A stretch of 64,000 nt of DNA, taken from positions 3,184 to 67,183 of the forward strand of contig CACWQS010000007.1 in assembly GCA_902763155.1 (NCBI GenBank). Direction: 5' to 3'. The DNA is from an uncultured Pseudomonadota bacterium. GTDB taxonomy: Bacteria; Pseudomonadota; Alphaproteobacteria; RF32; CAG-239. A program made the translations under genes and the position numbers. Every line of letters starts with the position of its first letter. Position 1 is the stretch's first letter. Below are positions 60,795 through 64,000 of this stretch, one piece after another. Below the pieces are notes generated by a model. That model ran no database searches. It had not been told where the DNA came from and was given only the letters and a program-made list of their open reading frames with translations.

Positions 60795-62123
60795 CTAATA
60801 TCCGTAGCGTTTTTTTAACTTAAAGAAAAAGCCGAAACTGACAATAAAGGCCAATATCTCGGCCACAATAATGGCGCACCAAATACCATTCAAGCCGAAG
60901 AAAATCGGTAATATAAGCACGCATAAACATTCAAAAATTAAGGTGCGCATCAAGGCGATGGTTGCCGATATCAAGCCATTATTCAATGCAGTGAAAAATC
61001 CAGAAGCATAGATATTGAAACCTGCAAACAGAAAAGATAAGGCATAAATACGGAAGCCGATTGCGGTCATTTCAGTCAATTCGTCATCGTATCCGATAAA
61101 CACCGCGGCAATTGGAATTGCAAAAAGTTCTGCTAACAATGTTAAAATTACACCGGATATAGTGATCAAGAACAAACTTTTTCGCCACAAACTCTGCAAT
61201 TCCTTCTTGTTTTCGGCGCCGAAATGAAAACTGACAATCGGATTACTCCCTATCGTATAGCCGATAAATGCTGCCCAAAAAATAAAAGTTACATACGATA
61301 TAATTCCATAAGCTACTACACCGTCTTCCCCGACGATTCGCAGCAATTGATAATTATATAACATACAAACTACCGACATGGAAATATTTGAAACAAATTC
61401 GCTAACTCCGTTGGATGCCGATTTCAATAATGCTGAAAAGTAGAAACGTGTTTTTCCCAAATGTAACAAACTTTTGTTAGGGAATATAAAATACAATAAA
61501 GGTACTACGGCTCCGATTATTTGGCTGGCTGCCGTTGCCCATGCAGCGCCGGCCACTCCCCATTGCCAAACAATAATAAATAAAGCATCCAATCCAAAAT
61601 TTGCAACTCCGGCAACAACAGTAATAATCAGCCCCAACTTAGGACGTGCCGCTGTTGACATAAATTGCTGAAAGATTACTTGCAACATCAGCATCGGCAC
61701 TGCCGGTAATAAAATACTGGCATAGACCATACATTCATCAAGCAAGACGCCTTCTACCCCGAATGCCGCTACCAACGGTTTAATAAAAAGCAGGCCGCAA
61801 ACGGCAAAAGTGCTTCCTAAAATCAGCGTAGCATAAATAAGCAGTGAAAATATTCTATTTGCCTTAAATATTCGCCCTTCTCCCAGTGTTTTTGCCACCA
61901 AGGCACTGCCGCCGCTGCCGAACATAAAACCGATAGCCCCCAAAATCATAATAAACGGCCAAATTATATTAACGGCGGCAAAAGGCGTTTCGCCTACAAA
62001 TTGTGAGACAAATAAACCGTCAATCACACTGTAAATAGAAGTAAAAATTACCATAATTACAGACGGAAGCGTAAAACGCAACAACTTACTGTAAGTAAAA
62101 TGTTCGGATAATTGTATTGGCAT
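60795..62123 (-). CDS. MATE family efflux transporter
   Basis: 12 TM; LPSVIMVIFTSIYSVIDGLFVS, NFGLDALFI..WGVAGAAWAT. Confidence 0.92.
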   Translation of the reverse strand: MPIQLSEHFTYSKLLRFTLPSVIMVIFTSIYSVIDGLFVSQFVGETPFAAVNIIWPFIMILGAIGFMFGSGGSALVAKTLGEGRIFKANRIFSLLIYATLILGSTFAVCGLLFIKPLVAAFGVEGVLLDECMVYASILLPAVPMLMLQVIFQQFMSTAARPKLGLIITVVAGVANFGLDALFIIVWQWGVAGAAWATAASQIIGAVVPLLYFIFPNKSLLHLGKTRFYFSALLKSASNGVSEFVSNISMSVVCMLYNYQLLRIVGEDGVVAYGIISYVTFIFWAAFIGYTIGSNPIVSFHFGAENKKELQSLWRKSLFLITISGVILTLLAELFAIPIAAVFIGYDDELTEMTAIGFRIYALSFLFAGFNIYASGFFTALNNGLISATIALMRTLIFECLCVLILPIFFGLNGIWCAIIVAEILAFIVSFGFFFKLKKRYGY

Positions 62124-62128
62124 ATCTG

Positions 62129-62755
62129 CTACATCAATTCATCATCATTTTGCCTGTTGCACGGGATAATTTGATTAAATTTGGTGTTTTTTACACGCTC
62201 GCTCATTGTGTATCCCGGTTTTTCGTTGGCGCAATAAGCATCTTTAAGCCAACCTTTTTTATAGGTCATCTGCCCGATTAAAACCCCGCTGATATCATAT
62301 TCATCAACTTTGCCGTTCAATAAACCTTTGTCATAATGCTTAATAAGCCAGACATTACCATTAATATAATATTCTATTGCTTCTCCATCACGCAAACCTT
62401 TTTTAAATATTGCGCGCTCTATAAGATTTCCATCATTAGAATAAACCGAAGTTTCTCCGCTTTGGTAGCCGTTCAAATATGTGGCGTAGGTTACGGTTTG
62501 ACCATCGGTGGTTACAATTTGTCCGTTTATTGCCCTGCCCTTACGATTAACGCAATATCTGAGATTACGCCGCATAGTGCAACTGTAACGATCGGGAGTG
62601 TATATTTTGCTCCTATCCGGCACAATCCGATAATGAGGTGCAAAAACATTAACTTTCCCTGCCTCATGATGATGCGGTTTTATATGAACCTGCGCCAATA
62701 CCGGAAAACTGAGTAGAATCCCAAATACCGCAATATATATACTCCATTTTTTCAT
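62129..62755 (-). CDS. Exported MORN2/YwqK-repeat protein
   Basis: Signal peptide; repeated Y/F-x-x-G...G...Y...G units. Confidence 0.78.
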   Translation of the reverse strand: MKKWSIYIAVFGILLSFPVLAQVHIKPHHHEAGKVNVFAPHYRIVPDRSKIYTPDRYSCTMRRNLRYCVNRKGRAINGQIVTTDGQTVTYATYLNGYQSGETSVYSNDGNLIERAIFKKGLRDGEAIEYYINGNVWLIKHYDKGLLNGKVDEYDISGVLIGQMTYKKGWLKDAYCANEKPGYTMSERVKNTKFNQIIPCNRQNDDELM

Positions 62756-62880
62756 GAATTTAATATACCATTTTTTCTTTATATTGCAAGCGTAATTTTG
62801 CTTGTGAATGAATTAGCGGAAAACGTTGCTTTACTGTGTGAAAGTTAATATCTTAAAGTAAGATAACAGAGGAGTGTGCT

Positions 62881-63804
62881 ATGTTGTGGAATTTATTTAA
62901 GTTTGAACCGAAACCATATAGTGAAGATTTTTTGGATACCGATGACGGACATCATGTCTATTATCGGCAATTCGGTAATCCGCAAGGGATACCTGTGCTG
63001 TCTTTCCATGGAGGACCGGGAGGCTCATCTCGTCCGAAATATGCCAAACTTTTTGATAAACATAAATACCGTTTTATTCAATTTGACCAACGCGGTTGCG
63101 GACTTTCCACGGCTGAAGATGTTTGGCGTAATAATACTACGGACTTTTTGCTGAAAGATGCAATAGGAATTTTGGAAAAATTACGGATAAAACAAAAGAT
63201 TGTGGTTCATGGGGCTTCGTGGGGTTCGACAATGGCACTTCTGTTTGCGGAAAAATATCCTGATTTGGTGCAAAAAATCGTTGTTTCATCGGTATTTTTG
63301 GCACGCGAGTACGATGTAAATTGGGTTAATGAAGACAGCGAGCGTTTTTATCCTGATTTATGGGCTGTGATGCGCCAAAAAATTAACAATAAGAATGTTT
63401 ATGATACCTATCACAAAATGCTGTTTGCCGATGATTTACAAACAAATGTCGAAGCTATGACGTATCTTGGCAGCTATGAATATATGTTAGGGCAACTAAA
63501 TCCGCAATTTACTCCGCCGGAAGAATTAAACGAAAAAGAATTATTGTCGCGGAGAATTGCTTTTAAGTACGACGAGGATAAATATTATATTAAAGAAAAT
63601 CAGATTATCGTTAATACCGACCGGATAAAGCATATTCCGACACTAATCGTGCATAATCGGCTCGATTTTTGTTGCCCGTGCAAGCAAGCTTGGGATTTAC
63701 ACCAAGTGTTGCCAAACTCAAAGCTGATAATCAACGCCGGTTTCGGGCATTCTTCTCCGGAACTGCTTAAAATCGTTAAAGACGAATTGAAAAAAGAGGA
63801 ATAG
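62881..63804 (+). CDS. pip: Proline iminopeptidase (alpha/beta hydrolase)
   Basis: GNPQGIPVLSFHGGPGG, FDQRGCGLS, GASWGST nucleophile, GHS. Confidence 0.88.
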   Translation: MLWNLFKFEPKPYSEDFLDTDDGHHVYYRQFGNPQGIPVLSFHGGPGGSSRPKYAKLFDKHKYRFIQFDQRGCGLSTAEDVWRNNTTDFLLKDAIGILEKLRIKQKIVVHGASWGSTMALLFAEKYPDLVQKIVVSSVFLAREYDVNWVNEDSERFYPDLWAVMRQKINNKNVYDTYHKMLFADDLQTNVEAMTYLGSYEYMLGQLNPQFTPPEELNEKELLSRRIAFKYDEDKYYIKENQIIVNTDRIKHIPTLIVHNRLDFCCPCKQAWDLHQVLPNSKLIINAGFGHSSPELLKIVKDELKKEE

Positions 63805-63810
63805 AAAGAA

Positions 63811-64000
63811 ATGTATTACAGTTTGTTTGAAATTTTTTCCGTCGGCATCGGTCCTTCCAGCTCGCATACCGTAGGACCAATGAGAGCGGCTCAACGTTTT
63901 ATCCGTAATTTATGCGAAAAGAATTTGCTAAGCAAAGTTAATCGCTTATATACTACCCTCTATGGTTCGTTGGCACTTACCGGTGTGGGGCATGGCACGC
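63811..64000 (+). CDS. sdaA: L-serine ammonia-lyase (5' part; runs off the window end)
   Basis: Manual translation [27 protein letters not shown]...[13 protein letters not shown]. Confidence 0.92.
   Translation, partial: MYYSLFEIFSVGIGPSSSHTVGPMRAAQRFIRNLCEKNLLSKVNRLYTTLYGSLALTGVGHGT

Noticed and set aside
283-63154. Numerous 60-160 aa ORFs overlapping larger genes
   Set aside because: Antisense or out-of-frame shadows of well-supported genes, without RBS or recognisable motifs.
1-64000. CRISPR array, IS element, integrase, prophage structural genes, tRNA/rRNA
   Set aside because: No regularly spaced repeats, transposase/recombinase motifs, phage hallmark proteins or cloverleaf structures recognised by eye.

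Overview
This is a low-GC alphaproteobacterial chromosome segment. The ftsEX-ydcF-plsC and yqeY-dnaG gene order and the alpha-type ThrS, RpoD and GyrA support that call; a gut-associated RF32-like lineage is an inference. The window contains the replication terminus: a dif site at 8340-8367, with KOPS octamers pointing at it from both sides. Most genes are housekeeping (phoR, mutS, priA, yejEF-like, gatCAB, sppA, ftsEX, dnaG, macAB-like, smpB, rpoD, thrS, mlaAC, rsmB-like, tcdA, endA, gyrA, tag, pip, sdaA), interspersed with orphan and probably horizontally acquired genes. The main unexplained signal is two homologous structured leaders of about 220-250 nt (6231-6476 + and 51284-51500 -). Each has the layout of a P1/P4 c4/CI-type antisense RNA (b1/a1 target sites plus a three-way junction carrying a'/b'), fused to mutually exclusive anti-antiterminator, antiterminator and intrinsic-terminator helices. 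Each leader has its own self-complementary a/b code. Neither sits in a prophage: one precedes a dif-adjacent orphan gene, the other an OMP plus two-lipoprotein operon. No rRNA, tRNA, CRISPR array, transposase or integrase was seen.
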